Source of the DNA: Callorhinchus milii | Taxonomy: Eukaryota | Assembly (NCBI RefSeq): GCF_018977255.1 | Contig: NW_024704743.1 | Span: forward strand, 29,328,001-29,392,000 | Length of the DNA stretch: 64,000 nt | Reading direction: 5' to 3' | Shown: piece by piece, positions 13,616 to 25,980 of the stretch | Layout of the letters: every line of letters starts with the position of its first letter | Position numbering within the stretch: the stretch's first letter is position 1 | Made by a program: the position numbers and the translations under genes | Notes under the pieces: generated by a model | The model's database searches: none | Seen by the model: the letters and a program-made list of their open reading frames with translations, nothing else | What the model was told of the DNA's origin: nothing

Positions 13616-16429
13616 AGCATTTACAAGAGTTTCCCGAGAGCAAGCAGTGGCTGCTGATGTATACCTTGACAACTTTCAGGTGAGGAAGAGAAATAGTTGG
13701 AAGGAGAGAAGAAGAAAATAAAGCAACAACATTATTTCCTGCAACCAGTTCCCACCCCACTTCACCCCATGTGAGTGATATACCACAGATATGTTTAAGT
13801 GATCATGGTGCAACAGAACAGCCTCTCCAATCCATGCATTGTTTTGACTTTCCAGACAAATCTGCTTCTGTGATAAAAGAGTAGGAAAAAAATGTGATTT
13901 GTAAAAGTAGGTGAACTGATTGTTGAATGTAAGCCAACATCAAATCAAGCAGACTGCTTTGCATTGGTTTCTTATGGTAATGAACAGACACGGCTGTACA
14001 ACTTTTGACAATTAAAGCATCTTTTGCCACTCAAAAAAACCAAGACATCCCATAAAAAAGATGAAAGTATGTTGCAAACATACTCAAAATGGATTTTAAT
14101 TTAAACTGCAGTTTGTGGCAGTCCCCAAAAATGATATTCCACCTCTCTTTCTGTCAACCACCGTGTTCCTTGCTCCACAGTAGAGGCTGAATAGAGTTTT
14201 CAATTTAAATTCCAAAATATTCAAGTACTTATTTGATTAACTTAAATTTAGTTATCAAATTACTCATTCTATCAGCTGGAATAACAATGGGAGCTTAGAT
14301 GGTAAAAGTAGAAAAGCAGATGTTTAAGAAAAGCAAAATACATAAAACTTCAAAACTGATATATGTAGACGCCAAGAGCTTTGAACCTAGGCTTCACTAA
14401 CCATTCCAACCCAATAAGACAGGAACTGGAGGTTTCGGCAACAGAGACTACATTGTTTGCTATGGAAGTCAGAACATGCTGTTTCATATCTCCTCACACC
14501 ACAAACTCCACACATAGGGCAACTAGAAATAGGCCGAGGGAGCATAATCTGCTCAAAACCCCCTTTGTCTCAATAACTCAGGCATTGCCACACCTTGTGC
14601 ATACAAACTTTAGTTCAGTAAGGCTTGCTGTGTTACCGCACAATTTATAAATAACTCTGATTTATGTCGGATTAATCTGCTTATTTTGGTTCAACACTAC
14701 ATTGCTCCGAGTGTAGTACCAATATGTCACATGTACAGCACAGCTCATTCTTCACTGCTGTAGGACAATTTTTCCTGCAACAATGACCCTTCCTGTGTCT
14801 AGGACTTGCATCATAAATTCTGTCATGCCCTCTCTCTTTCCCAGTGACACAACTTGTCCCAGTTTTTGAGACGACCATTTTGGTAAGCAAAATATATCTT
14901 ACATTAAAATTTCCATCTCTTATCTCTCTTATCCTGTATAAGAATTATTGCTGCCACCAGTCCAAAGCATGGGCAAGTGACTGCTTTCCAACTCTCTGCC
15001 ATAGACAATCCTCAGCCAGACAATAGTGGACACAGGAGGACAGCCTCACCTGTTTGCTTTCTGATTCTCTTCTCCACTTTTCAGATAGTAACACACCCCT
15101 ACCCAATGGCAATAGGTCACTGCAGATATCTGCCAGGTGGAGAACCTCTGGCATGAAACTCGCATCCTCTGACTTGGTGGATCCGTTCTGTACCAGCACA
15201 CCACCCTTCTCCTAATTAGAAGAGATAAACTGCCGTTTGGGTAGAGCACAGTATTGGCTCCAACACATCCTCTTAGGGTTTTGATCACCGGATTCACGTT
15301 TGCATGCAGTTTATAGCATTAAAAATCCACCGCCATCTTACACGATTTCAACATTCTTTATCCCAACAAGATTGAAAAATACAGGAGATTTGGAGAGGAA
15401 AGGTAATCAATAGGAAGTTATATGCATCGCCCCAGATACTCGGTAGCCAATTTGTTTCAAAACAATATTCAATCCTAGTTACTGTCTCCTCTTCGGAGCT
15501 CTGGATTTAACCATTTCAGAGACAATGTGATTATGTAACGTAGTGTGAGGGGATCTCCTTTCAGTGTAACTATTCCAGCACACAGAACTGGTCTGTTTAC
15601 AGAAGGGTCCTTTAACCTTTAAGAATTCTTTGCCAAATATTTGTTACGTTTTATCAAATGTTTATCAAATATTGTACTTATAAACTTTTTTTAAAAAATG
15701 CTTTCCTAGTCTCTCTGCGCCACACATTCTTCCCCTGAGTGTGGAATTAAATGCAAGGATTATTATCATTATCTGATATCCAGGCTTAAAGTACTAGAAG
15801 ACGCACAGAACTGATTAGTCTAACAGTGCTTCCTCCCCACCCACCCCCATCTCTCTCTCTCATCAAATGAAAGTTCCTGTTTGGTGTCAGTCCTTATGAC
15901 AGCATGGTGGAGATTTGGAAGACATTGCAAACATCCTCATCCTGTAATGTCCCCTCATGTAATGTTCCTCAAACTCATTATAAAATGGCCTTTCAGGCTG
16001 AGCTGAAGCATGGGATCCACTTTCACATGTAAGAATAATCCTTGCACTTGATTTTGCCTTGACTTTGCCTTTGATTTTGTCAGGAGGACGTCTCAAAATG
16101 CCTCACTGGATTTACTATAAAGTGAAACCATGAAACGTATCTAAAATAAATTGCAGGAATCACATCACCTATCTAGCTTCTAGCTCCTGGCCCTTAACTA
16201 CTTGTTGCAAATTCACCACATGAGAGAATGATTTTAAGGAAGAGATATGACATAAGCAAATATTTCAACATTTAAATATCTTTCTAAATTTAAATATTGG
16301 CAAGTTGCAAAAAAGAAAATATGCCTATTTTATCTCCTCTTCCCCAGAAGACACTAACTTTTCCTGGGAGCTGATTCCATGGGCCAATCTTCATGGTGAG
16401 GTTAAATTGCAAAAAGCATCATTAGGATG

Positions 16430-16810
16430 TTTGAATGAGGAGGGCATCACAGCTGGAGCCTGTCTATCCGTGATGCCCTCCATGCTCTTTCCAACAGAGG
16501 TCACTGGGTAGTGATCAGAGGCTCAAAATTCCACTTAGTCTGAGCCATAAAAATTGCTGACAATTCTTAAATTCACACTTAATTTTGTTTTTTCTTAACA
16601 AACGTGAAAAACCAATTTTTCCAAAATGGTCTTAAAGACTAAGTGGAATTTGGGGCCCTAAGGAGTGGGAAACTCGATTAATTTCCCCCCCTCCCTTGCC
16701 TCAGGGCACCAATTGCAATGGCTCAACCTTTGCCCTTAGCTGAGAGCAGCTAACTCAGCCCAGACAAGGAATATCAAATCTGTGACCTTCTGGACTGTAT
16801 GGCCTAGTCC
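16430..16810 (-). mobile_element. SINE family B copy interrupted by a MITE
   Basis: Reverse complement has a degenerate tRNA-like 5' part (catacagtccagaaggtcacagatttgatattcc), then gggctgagttagctgctctcagc...gggaggggggaaatt, and resumes after the insert with gatcactacccagtgacctctgttggaaag. Confidence 0.65.
16518..16660. mobile_element. ~140-bp MITE with terminal inverted repeats, nested in a SINE
   Basis: Left end gaggctcaaaattccacttagtct versus reverse complement of right end gggccccaaattccacttagtct (16-bp perfect core AAATTCCACTTAGTCT); SINE sequence is continuous across the insert. Confidence 0.75.
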
Positions 16811-17051
16811 TGGGAAGGGAGCCCTAGAGAGCTATTTTGTAACAAACTAAATATGGAGCCAAACTGGACTGCTCTTCTGACTAACATGATGGCCTTACCC
16901 AACATTATCACAGCCCTCATTGATTCATCATCCCAAGGCTCTGAGAGAAGTGACAGGATCGCTAGCCTCCAGTTTCCCTTTCTTCTGTACTAGTTTGTGA
17001 GTCAGACTGAAATTCATAACAGCTTGTTTTCTTTCTTCTTCATGGATAGAT

Positions 17052-17440
17052 CAGGTGCCCTATAATTATGGTCCTCGTCTAAGATGGTGTGTGGAGAAAC
17101 AGCCAGGATGGATTCAGCTGCCTCTGCTTCTAAAAATAAAACGGGAGAGCAAGCGGGAGAGGCCTGTGGTGCTGCCACTTTGTCAGAACTGATACTTCTG
17201 ACAAAGCCGAGAATCAGGTGAGAAATCAAAGTATAAAATGAGATTTTGTTCCAAGTGCTCGGGGGGTGGAATTAATTAGGCTGATGATAAATGAGCAGAG
17301 AGCTAGCTGTCACAAACCAAAAACGGGAGTGCACAGCAGAATGCTTTTAACAGAGCAGTTGATCTTTAGGAAGGATGAATCCATCCTGGCTGTTTCTCCA
17401 CACACCATCTTAGACGAGGACCATAATTATAGGGCACCTG
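17052..17440. repeat. Perfect 65-bp inverted repeat (17052-17116 / 17376-17440) with a 259-bp spacer
   Basis: caggtgccctataattatggtcctcgtctaagatggtgtgtggagaaacagccaggatggattca occurs with its exact reverse complement; the ORF track shows the peptide ESILAVSPHTILDEDHNYRAP on both strands. Confidence 0.97.
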
Positions 17441-17469
17441 GAATTTGGGCTTTAATTCCAGAAGTAACA

Positions 17470-17745
17470 CATAGGCACATACTGGGAAAAATCAGATGGT
17501 GGAGTGAAGGGGACAAGAGACAAACAGGGGGACAAGGGATAAGCAGGAGGCTGAAGCCAGCCAGTGGTGGAGTGGATGTAAGCAGGTTGGAGATGTATGG
17601 AAGTGCCAGTGCATGAAGGATTTGTAAGACGAGTATGAGAACCTTGAGGTCAATCCGTTCTGTGATAAGGAACCAGTGTAGCCTGGCAAGGATAGGTATG
17701 AAGGGGTACAGAGTTCAGTCCAAATAGTTGTTCTTGATGGCTTTT
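17470..17745 (-). mobile_element. Highly decayed L2 LINE 3' fragment
   Basis: Purine-rich stretch loosely similar to the better-preserved L2 at 48499-49298 (gtttgtaag...gaaccttgaggtcaatccg...ggaaccagtg-like segment). Confidence 0.45.
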
Positions 17746-18604
17746 TATATGTACACTCTACGTTACTTGATACGATTGTGATTAATTTCAAGATTCTCAT
17801 TCCAAATCACTTTGCCAACAGAAGCAATAACTAATTACGTTAAGCAGTATATAAACGGAGAATCAATTGTGAGCATTGCAGCCTGACAGATGTCATTCGA
17901 TATTAGTTGTGGTTCAGTGACATATCACATCAGATGATGATTGCAGCAACCCTCTGACCCCAATAGCAAGATACATGAGAATCTGAGTGTGTGGCCGATG
18001 CACACTAGAAACTGTGGTTTTCTCGGAGAGTTAAGAGAGACACTGTGCACTGCACAGGGACATCTGTGCAATGTGTGGCATAGGGTGTACGCAGCTGTAA
18101 ATGTGCAATGGAGCTACAAGTTTTGGAGGAAATCTGAGTGTGAGCGATTGATAACTTGGCCAGCAAATCTAAGGCAGTGTTGATTTACAATCATTACTCA
18201 AAGCAGTCCTATCATTATCACAAGGCTATCTGATACAGCCTTTTACACCATGTCAGAGGCACAGTCAACTAGATACAGCTATTTATATCACTTCACAAGG
18301 ACAATCAATTTTGTGACTATTTCTACTGCTTCACGAGATGCATCTATTTATAATGCTATCTATGTATGTGGGGAAAAGATGATACTAAGATAACACTGGT
18401 TTACAGGATGAATGACCGTAGGAAGCAAAATGCAATCAATAGTTCAGGAGGATGTTCTGAATCTAAATACAAATTATTTAAGCTTTGTGAAAAATGCTAT
18501 GATATATGATACTTATGATGCTACTATCTTCCAGGGTTCACGCTGTGAGTAACTTAAACCTGGTTCACATCTCTGGACAATTTCGACTACAGATGCCTAG
18601 ATTT

Positions 18605-18780
18605 ATTGGCTCAGTTGGTAGCCCTCATGTCTTAGTACTGGGGGTGGTGGTGCTGTATTGTAGGAGGCCCCATCTGCCTGTTCAGGTGGACAGTATAGAT
18701 CCCATGACACTACTGTCTTCAACAAAAGAGAAGGGAGTTTCGCCCTAACAATCGTCCTGGAGACAAATTCTCAAAGTAAA
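18605..18780 (+). mobile_element. Deu-domain SINE fragment
   Basis: ttggctcagttggtagc head; gaggccccatctgcctgttcaggtggacagtatagatcccatgacacta...aaaagagaagggagttt core. Confidence 0.65.
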
Positions 18781-18781
18781 T

Positions 18782-19218
18782 CAACAACAACAAAATTGCA
18801 TTTATAGAGCGCCTTTCACGTCGGGTGGACGTCCCAAGGCGCTGGACAGTTGGGTCGGGACCCGAGCAGGGGGGAAATGGTCAGGGTGAGGGGAGGGAAG
18901 GGATGGAGCAAGGAGGGGGTAGAGAGTCGAGAGGGGAGGTGAAGGCACGGTCAAAGAGAAAGGTCTTGAGACCGGCCTTGAAGGAGGAAAGGGAGGAGGC
19001 GGCGAAGGCACTGGAGATGGAGTTCCAAAGCCTAGGGACTGAGAGGCTGAAAGCTCAGCCACCGATGGTAGGGCGGTTAGGGCGGGGGATGTGGAGCAGA
19101 CCAGAGCCAGAGAAACAGAGGATACGGGCAGGTAAGTAGGGGGATAGTAGGTCGGAGAGGTAGGAGGGAGCAAGGCCGTGAATGGCCTTGTAGGTGAGGA
19201 TGAGGATCTTGAATTCAA
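18782..19218 (-). mobile_element. L2 LINE 3' end (ORF2 C-terminus, 3'UTR, (TTG)n tail)
   Basis: Minus strand encodes EFKILILTYKAIHGLAPSYLSDLLSPYLPARILCFSGSGLLHIP; highly similar to 48499-48925; has the terminal stem-loop and tail. Confidence 0.93.
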
Positions 19219-19424
19219 ATCATGTGTACTTGCTTGACAGATGGCTGTGTGCTTGCCTACAAAAAGTCACAACACTTGTTTTTTTTTGATTATTAACAGT
19301 AATTATTTCACAAATGCTGCGAGAGGCTTCCAAGTGTTAAGACACAAAATAGAAGCTTTTTTCCCCATTTTATATTTAAATACATACAATTACATGCAAC
19401 TTATAGATTGATAAATTGCCACAT

Positions 19425-20545
19425 GGGGAATTCATGACTAAAATATGGGTATGTCGAATTGTGGGAGGTTAGCAGAATGGATTAAAGAACGGTTAGGAAA
19501 CCGAAAGCAAAGGGTAGGTGTTAAAGGTATCTTCTCAGGCTGGAAAGAAATAGAAAGTGGTGCTTGCAGGGATCCTTAAGTTCACTACTGTTCACAATAT
19601 ACATAAATTATTTGGATTCAGGTATAGGAGGTGTGGAATCAAAATTAAATATGTCAGCAAACTGGGAGACATGGTTAAACAGTGCAGCAAAATGCAGGAA
19701 GACATAAGTAGGCTAGCAGAATGGGCAGATAGATGGCAGATGAAGTTTAATGTAGAAACACGCAAAATAATTCACTTCAGCAGGAAAAATAAAGAAACTG
19801 TCTCATCTAAATGGTAGAAACCTAAGAGGAGTGGAGGAGCAAAGAGATTTGGGGATTCAGATCAAATAATTTTTTAAAAAGTAGCAAACACAGGTAGATG
19901 AGGCTACAAAAGGCCATGGTTGTGTTGGGCTGTATATCTAGCGGGATAGAATATGAAAAGTGAGGAGGTAATATACAAAACCTTGGTTAGACCACATTTG
20001 GAGTATTGCATTCAATTCTCATATATACACTACTGGAAGGGAATAGCAGTGATGGAAAGAGTATAGCATAGTTTACGAGGATGATATCAAGGCTGGGAGG
20101 TTATTACTATAAGGATAGACTAGATAGGTTAAGCCTTTTTTTACCAGAGAAAAGACGTTTAAAGGGAGGACCTTGTAGAAGTATTTAAAATTATAAAAGG
20201 TTAATGTAAACAGGCTGTTGCCATTGGTTGGACCAGGAGACACAATTGTCTCTAACCAGGGGAAACAAATATAAGAATAGTGACTAGGGGATCAATAAGA
20301 GAATTTAGGAGGAACTCCTTCATGCAGAGGGTAGTGAGATTATGGAACTCGCTGGCTGAAGCAGAGTTTGGTTGAGATAGTATAGATGCATTCAAGAGGA
20401 AGCTGGAGTTTCACTTGAGAGAGAGGGGAATAGACGAATATGGGAGGGAGTAAAATAATTGGTGGAGATTTTTGTGGAGTATAAACACTAGAACGGATAG
20501 TTGTGTCGAGTGAACAGTTTCTGTGCTGTACATCCTTTAGTAAAT
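19425..20545 (+). mobile_element. CR1 LINE 3' ~1.1 kb (RT C-terminal half and 3'UTR), decayed
   Basis: Translates with frameshifts to LAEWIKERLGNRKQRVGVKGIFSGWKEIESG, MQEDISRLAEWADRWQMKFNV, LVRPHLEYCIQF and NSFMQRVVRLWNSL. Confidence 0.93.
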
Positions 20546-20689
20546 CTTTGACAAATTACAGAAAATTGCCAAAGAGAGAACAGAAAGAGTCCTAAGGGTG
20601 TTAATTAGCTCATCATTCACCATGTCAACACATCCTCAGCTGAGAATGAATAAAGTGAAATGGATGCCGGAATACATTGTCAAACAAGT

Positions 20690-21310
20690 TGAGATAGCTT
20701 GGATGAAACAACTTGCGCTCAGATCCCCATTCGTCGAGCTGCTCAGTCTTTTATCAGTCTGCACCTGGAATACTGCGTACCGTCTAGGCTGTAAAATAAG
20801 GGGGCCACCCAGACCCTTCAGGCAGTGCAGAGGAGAGCAATGAAGCTGGAGGAATGAGCTAAGAGAATAAATGGAGAAGATAATTTTTTGATTTTCATAA
20901 TAAATATTACAGAAGAGATTGTGAATATATATACAAGAAGCTCAATGGAATTGAGAACAACACTTTCAGATACGCCAAAGGGACAAGTCACATCAGGGAT
21001 GTGATCGAATAAGCTTTCGATGGAAATGGAAAGTTTTTTTTTACATAGAGAGGGCATTACAGCTGGAATGGATTGGGATGAAGGATGCTTCATGCAGCGC
21101 CTTGGGACGTCCTCCTGACGTGAAAGGCGCTTTATAAATGGAATCTTGTTGTTGTTGTTGTTGTTGTTGTTGCTTGAAGCCAGGATACTAGACTCATTTG
21201 AGAAACATTGTAATTCCCATCTGTAATTGGAAAACAGTAAGTTTGGTATTCTTCAAGGAAGAGATCAAACGGGGCAATAGGCCGTCTTCGTCTAACCTCT
21301 TTTATGATCT
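20690..21310 (+). mobile_element. Older CR1 3' fragment interrupted by a short L2 tail
   Basis: cacctggaatactgcgtac (HLEYCV), gtgcagaggagagcaatgaagctg (VQRRAMKL) and ttttttacatagagagggcattacagctggaatgg are CR1 ORF2 C-terminal motifs. Confidence 0.7.
21091..21175 (+). mobile_element. Ultra-short L2 3'-end insertion with probable 5-bp TSD (TGCTT)
   Basis: cagcgccttgggacgtcctcctgacgtgaaaggcgctttataaatggaatc(ttg)n; TGCTT at 21086-21090 and 21171-21175. Confidence 0.85.
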
Positions 21311-21359
21311 TGGAAAGAAAATTGAAGCATAGTACAGTAAAACATAATCAACTTTTACC

Positions 21360-21490
21360 TCTATTCGCCTGCTGTGGGCAAGTTGGCTGCTGCATTCACC
21401 TACACTCATTACACTTTAGCGTAAATTCGGTGAACCCCATTCTGATGTGAAAGGTACTATATCATATGTAAGGATTATTTATTATTAATA
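21360..21490 (+). mobile_element. SINE 3' half remnant
   Basis: ctgctgtgggcaagttggctgctgcattcacctac...gatgtgaaaggtacta...aaggattatttattatt. Confidence 0.6.
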
Positions 21491-24112
21491 ATATTTCAGA
21501 TCACAATTTATTGTAAAATGTTTCCAAGTAAAATTACATTCCTGCCTCAAATGATTAAAGATCAAAGGGTAAAGTCTGAGCAACTCCCCACAACCAGCAC
21601 ATGATGTTAAACGCCAAGCAATATTATTATTGAGGTCACACAGGACATGGAGGAAAAGCATTGGGCTGCTTTTAAAAAAAATGTCAAACTAACAAATCTA
21701 AGACAGGTTTAATTAAAACAAATAAAGTTCTGAGAATTAATAGGGATACTCCTCTTTGCAAGCTGAATGATATAATTACACTGACGAGGTTCATCAAACT
21801 AGTGGCACCAGTCCACTGAGTCAAGCAAGTTTGTGCTTATTAATTCAATGCCTTAGACCCAGCGATTCTATGCAAACATGAAGCGGGGAGAGTGGGGATA
21901 GAGAAGCGGAGGTAAGAATAGGAGCCCATTCAGATTTCACTGCCTGCTCAGGTTTGTTGGGATCTATTCATCTGCTGAGCGTCCTTCCTGAAAATCATTC
22001 TCAAAAAATGATCAAAGCTTTCCAAACTGTCCTTTTATGTGTGGAAACTTTTTTTAAAAAAAAATCAAGTTTGATATGCTGGGGATTGATTTGACAATAC
22101 TTTCATTGTGCCAACCAATGTGTAGACTAGGACTTTTGGAAGCATTGAAACTTTGTAGCCCATATTCTAGCAGCCAGAGCAAGTCCATTACCTGGAGAAT
22201 TCAGACATATGCTTTCAATTGCTCTTGTACGATCGAAACACTGACAATACAAGGCTTCTTACTTTTAATCAATGTACAGCCTAAATGAACATACAGTATC
22301 ATGTGGTACTTAATGTTGCACAATAGAAACCTCTCTATATACAGTAAGCACAACATTACTTTTCAGAATAATGTCATCACTTGACATAGTTGCTGTTAAC
22401 TCCAAATGACAGTATCCAAATGGGACCTATACTGCTTCACAATAAAAGGACTCATAAACTGGGCCGTCAGAATATTTATTGTGGACTACAAATTTGACAA
22501 ATTATTTAGCCCAGTGACTTCTATTAAGTCAAAGATCAGGCAATTAGCTTGCGCAGTATGAGGGCAATGTAAAGCTTTATGCTGGAATTTATTGATGCTC
22601 TTAAACTGTCATCTAACTTCAAAGCATCAGCTGGAAACCTCACTATGACTCATTTAACTTGACACCAGTAATGTGGAGTACAAGCAGCAGCTATGAATTT
22701 ACCATCTGAGCTGACATATGCAGAGTCCCATGTCAAAAAAAGTATTTGTTAATGAAAAATTGTTTATTGGATGGATGGATGGCAGAGCGTGTAGAAATTA
22801 ATGGAAGTGTGGTGACAAGTAGTGCTAAAGAATGATACTAAACAGATGCTGTCCGGCGGCTGAGAGGTAAGGGATAAGTACTGGTAAGGAAACTGATGGA
22901 TAAACAAAGACAGAGAGGGAGAGAAAGGGGGGAGGGGGGAAGCACCACATGACAGAGTTTTCAGACACAAATCTGTGGTAAGAGATTGCTTTGCTTTGCA
23001 CTTGGAGGACCCGTGTAGACAAACTAAGGCTGTGGGGAGACATTCAAGCTGGGACTGGTGAAAGACAAGATTAATCAATAGCAAGAAGCTGGTGACAGCA
23101 AGACAAGACACCACCCAAAGGCTATGACGAAGTCTGCACTCTCCACAATCAGCAGGTGGAAGAAGTCTGCCTTTTCTCATCATCTGGCCTCAAAGCTACA
23201 GCTGGATAGTGTGGTGAATCCACCCTTCAGAATGAATGGTTACAACAAAACACATATTAATTCAATAAAATGATGTTGAAGATTCAAATAAAACATAGTG
23301 AACCATAGGTTCCTTTTAAATCAGACCCATAATGGGTATAATTATTTCTACAATGAAGGTAAACATTTCCTTCCTTCATCAAGCACATAGGACCAAATAG
23401 CTTGACAAATTTATCCCACTTGTCAAATGTTTACGCTCTCTGGTATTTAATGCATGATTTCCAACTAACATTAGATCGATAAAAATTGCGAACATGGAGG
23501 TGTGGATCACTGTATCACACCAGTTAATAAACCAGGTTAACCTATTTGGATTTTTCAGTGTTACACAACAACTGGAACGTGCACTTGTATAGTGCTTAAC
23601 ACATTCTATGAATTCGTAAAATGAGTGTTAGAAATTAAGTGAATGTTGTATTATCAGTATTACAGTAATTTGCGCCAGCAACATTCCACAAACTGACACA
23701 AATGTCCAATTAATTTGAAGATTTTTTTTGGAAAGAAGGGAAAAGGATGAGTAAATTTAGATGAGGGAAGGATATTAGCCAGAATAAGCAGGGCAAACTC
23801 TCCATTGTTCTCTGAAATAGTGGTACGGTATCCCTCACCATCACACTAATGACAACCTTGCTTTGCCAACCGATTAAGAAAAGGATGATGACCCAGATTT
23901 TCGGAACATCTGTGTTAGAATGAGATAAATGAGTTTAGGCACTGATTCAAAGCTTTAGCTGTGTGGAACATATCCAAAAAGGAGTAAACTCTCGGGTTAT
24001 GGTGAAAAGACTGGTAAACGGGACTGAAAGAATTGCTCTTTTGCTCTTAGAAGAGCCAGTACAGAAACGATGGGCCAAATGGCTTGCTTCTGTGCTGTAC
24101 ATTTATGTGGTT

Positions 24113-24439
24113 ATAATAAACAATAACAATAATAATCTTTGGATTTGATATAGCGCTTTTCAAGTCTTCTAGACAACTCAAAGCGCTTCACAGAATATGT
24201 TGTAAAGTGAATTGACTGTATATTTGTGGGTGAAACACAGCAGCCAATTGCTCACAGCAGTGTCCCACAAACAGTCATGGATTGAAAATGACAAATTTAT
24301 TATTGTTTTGTTTTGGAGAGATTATTATTAGGCTCTGTGTGGAGTAAGGACACTTGCCCAAGGTTTCACCCTGCCTGGAATTGAACCCAGGTATCTCGCT
24401 TGTAAGGCGAGTTCTCTAACCACTGAGCTACAGGACTCC
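24113..24439 (-). mobile_element. Full-length tRNA-derived SINE (family A)
   Basis: Minus strand begins GGAGTCCTGTAGCTCAGTGGTTAGAGAACTCGCC and has GGTTCAATTCC (B box); same body and tail as 11365-11677. Confidence 0.92.
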
Positions 24440-25019
24440 ACGAGTCTCAAAGAATGTCTCAAAGAATATACTGTAAAGTGAATAGACTGTATTTTGTGGG
24501 CGAAATGCAGTTCCATGGTGTAAACCATGCAAGTTGCCTGGAGGTAATCTGGTCGCATCTGCACTATTCTGGGCTCAGTCCAAGTAAAGTGAAGCTCTGT
24601 GCAGGCACAGAACTCAGCTAAACAAGTGGTCATTTTTTTAAGCACTATTAATCCCAGTGGTTCTTTAATAACATCCAAAAGACTGCCTAGAAAGCTTTCA
24701 ATTGTTCCTCCGCACCAATTGCATTTACTACTGTCAGTCCAAAGCATAGTAATATAGGACGACTTTCCTAAGGTGCATTCACACCTCTTCTCTGAACTGA
24801 CTTTGGGCTCGCCGCACAATAGTTACACTATGGATCTCGTGTCAATGTGGACATTTTTTATATCAGCTATAAACAGTCCAAGAATAGGACAGAGGCATTG
24901 CTTACATTTGAGTGTCGTTGGGATAAGCACTAAAATGATTCTAATTTAGATAGTGTGGATTGATATGGAGTCAAATGATGCTGTATGCTACTTGCTCCCT
25001 TTGTAGGTCAATGTGTGTT

Positions 25020-25170
25020 GTACTGAGTCATACAACAGTGAGGTCTCGGTTCTAAGCTCTGTCTGTACTGAGTTCGCTTAGTTTAAATGATGCTGTGGTG
25101 AATAGATGACAACTGTCGCTAGTGTCCCTGAGATAGGATTGGGCTTGGCTATGATGCCCACCGTGAGTTG
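25020..25170 (+). mobile_element. SINE family B remnant
   Basis: ctgagtcatacaacagtgaggtctcggttctaagctctgtctgtactgagttcgct...ataggattgggcttggctatgatgcccacc. Confidence 0.5.
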
Positions 25171-25434
25171 CTGGTTTCCAAAAAAAGCAGAACGGTAAAA
25201 GTACTTGGACGCATTTAGACTCCTTCAGAAAATGTCCCTCGTGTCATCATCTTGTGCATTCCCTGGATAGTTCAACAATGTGCAGCATATTTTTGTACCC
25301 TTGATCTTTGGCTAAAACAACAAAAGTAGTGCATTAAAACTTACCACAGGGAAAGGAGGGGAGAGAGCAAGCCTGCGCCTGATCTAATGTGGCATGAAAC
25401 TCCAGGGGGTTTGTACAGTATCTGATTTCTGGTC

Positions 25435-25980
25435 ATTAGATTTACATAGGCTGTACAGCATAGAAACAGGCCATTGGCCCAACCAGTCCTTGCTGGTGTT
25501 TATACCCCATGGGATCAGACTCTGCCACTGCAAAGCGCTCTGGGACCCCCTGTGAAGGACGCTATATAAATGCAAGTTGTTGTTGTTGTCTCCACCCATT
25601 CCTTATCCCCTTCTATATCCTCCTGTTCCATTGTCCCTCACGTGAAGGTCAAGCTTCCCCTTAAATGCATCTTGACTATCTGATACAACCACCGCTTTGG
25701 GCAATCAGTTCCACATTCTCACTACCCTCTGCGTGAAGTAGTTCCTCTGAATTCTCTTTTAGGTCCCCAAGTTGGTATCTTATACTTGCGTCTCCTTATT
25801 ATGGACTTGATAAACAAGTGGGAAAACCTATTTATGCTAACTTTATTGAACTCTTTTATAATTTAAATCCTTCTTTTAGGTCTCCTCTTAAACGTTTCCT
25901 CTCTAGCGAAAGAAAAGGCCTAACCTAGCTAGTTTATCCTGAAGGCAGTAACCTGCCAGCCCTGGTATCATCCTAGTGGT
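25435..25980 (-). mobile_element. CR1 3' fragment with a nested short L2/SINE tail (about 25520-25588, +)
   Basis: Minus strand has ctttcgctagagaggaaacgtttaagaggagacct (LERKRLRGDL) and ttcacgcagagggtagtgagaatgtggaac (FTQRVVRMWN); the nested piece is aagcgctctgggac...ataaatgcaagttgttgttgttg. Confidence 0.8.

Noticed and set aside
17014..17616. Two ORFs sharing the peptide ESILAVSPHTILDEDHNYRAP, read as a gene duplication
   Set aside because: The identity is simply the 65-bp inverted repeat read on opposite strands.
24328..24819. 163-aa minus-strand ORF
   Set aside because: It runs into SINE sequence, has a non-ATG start and has no recognisable domain.
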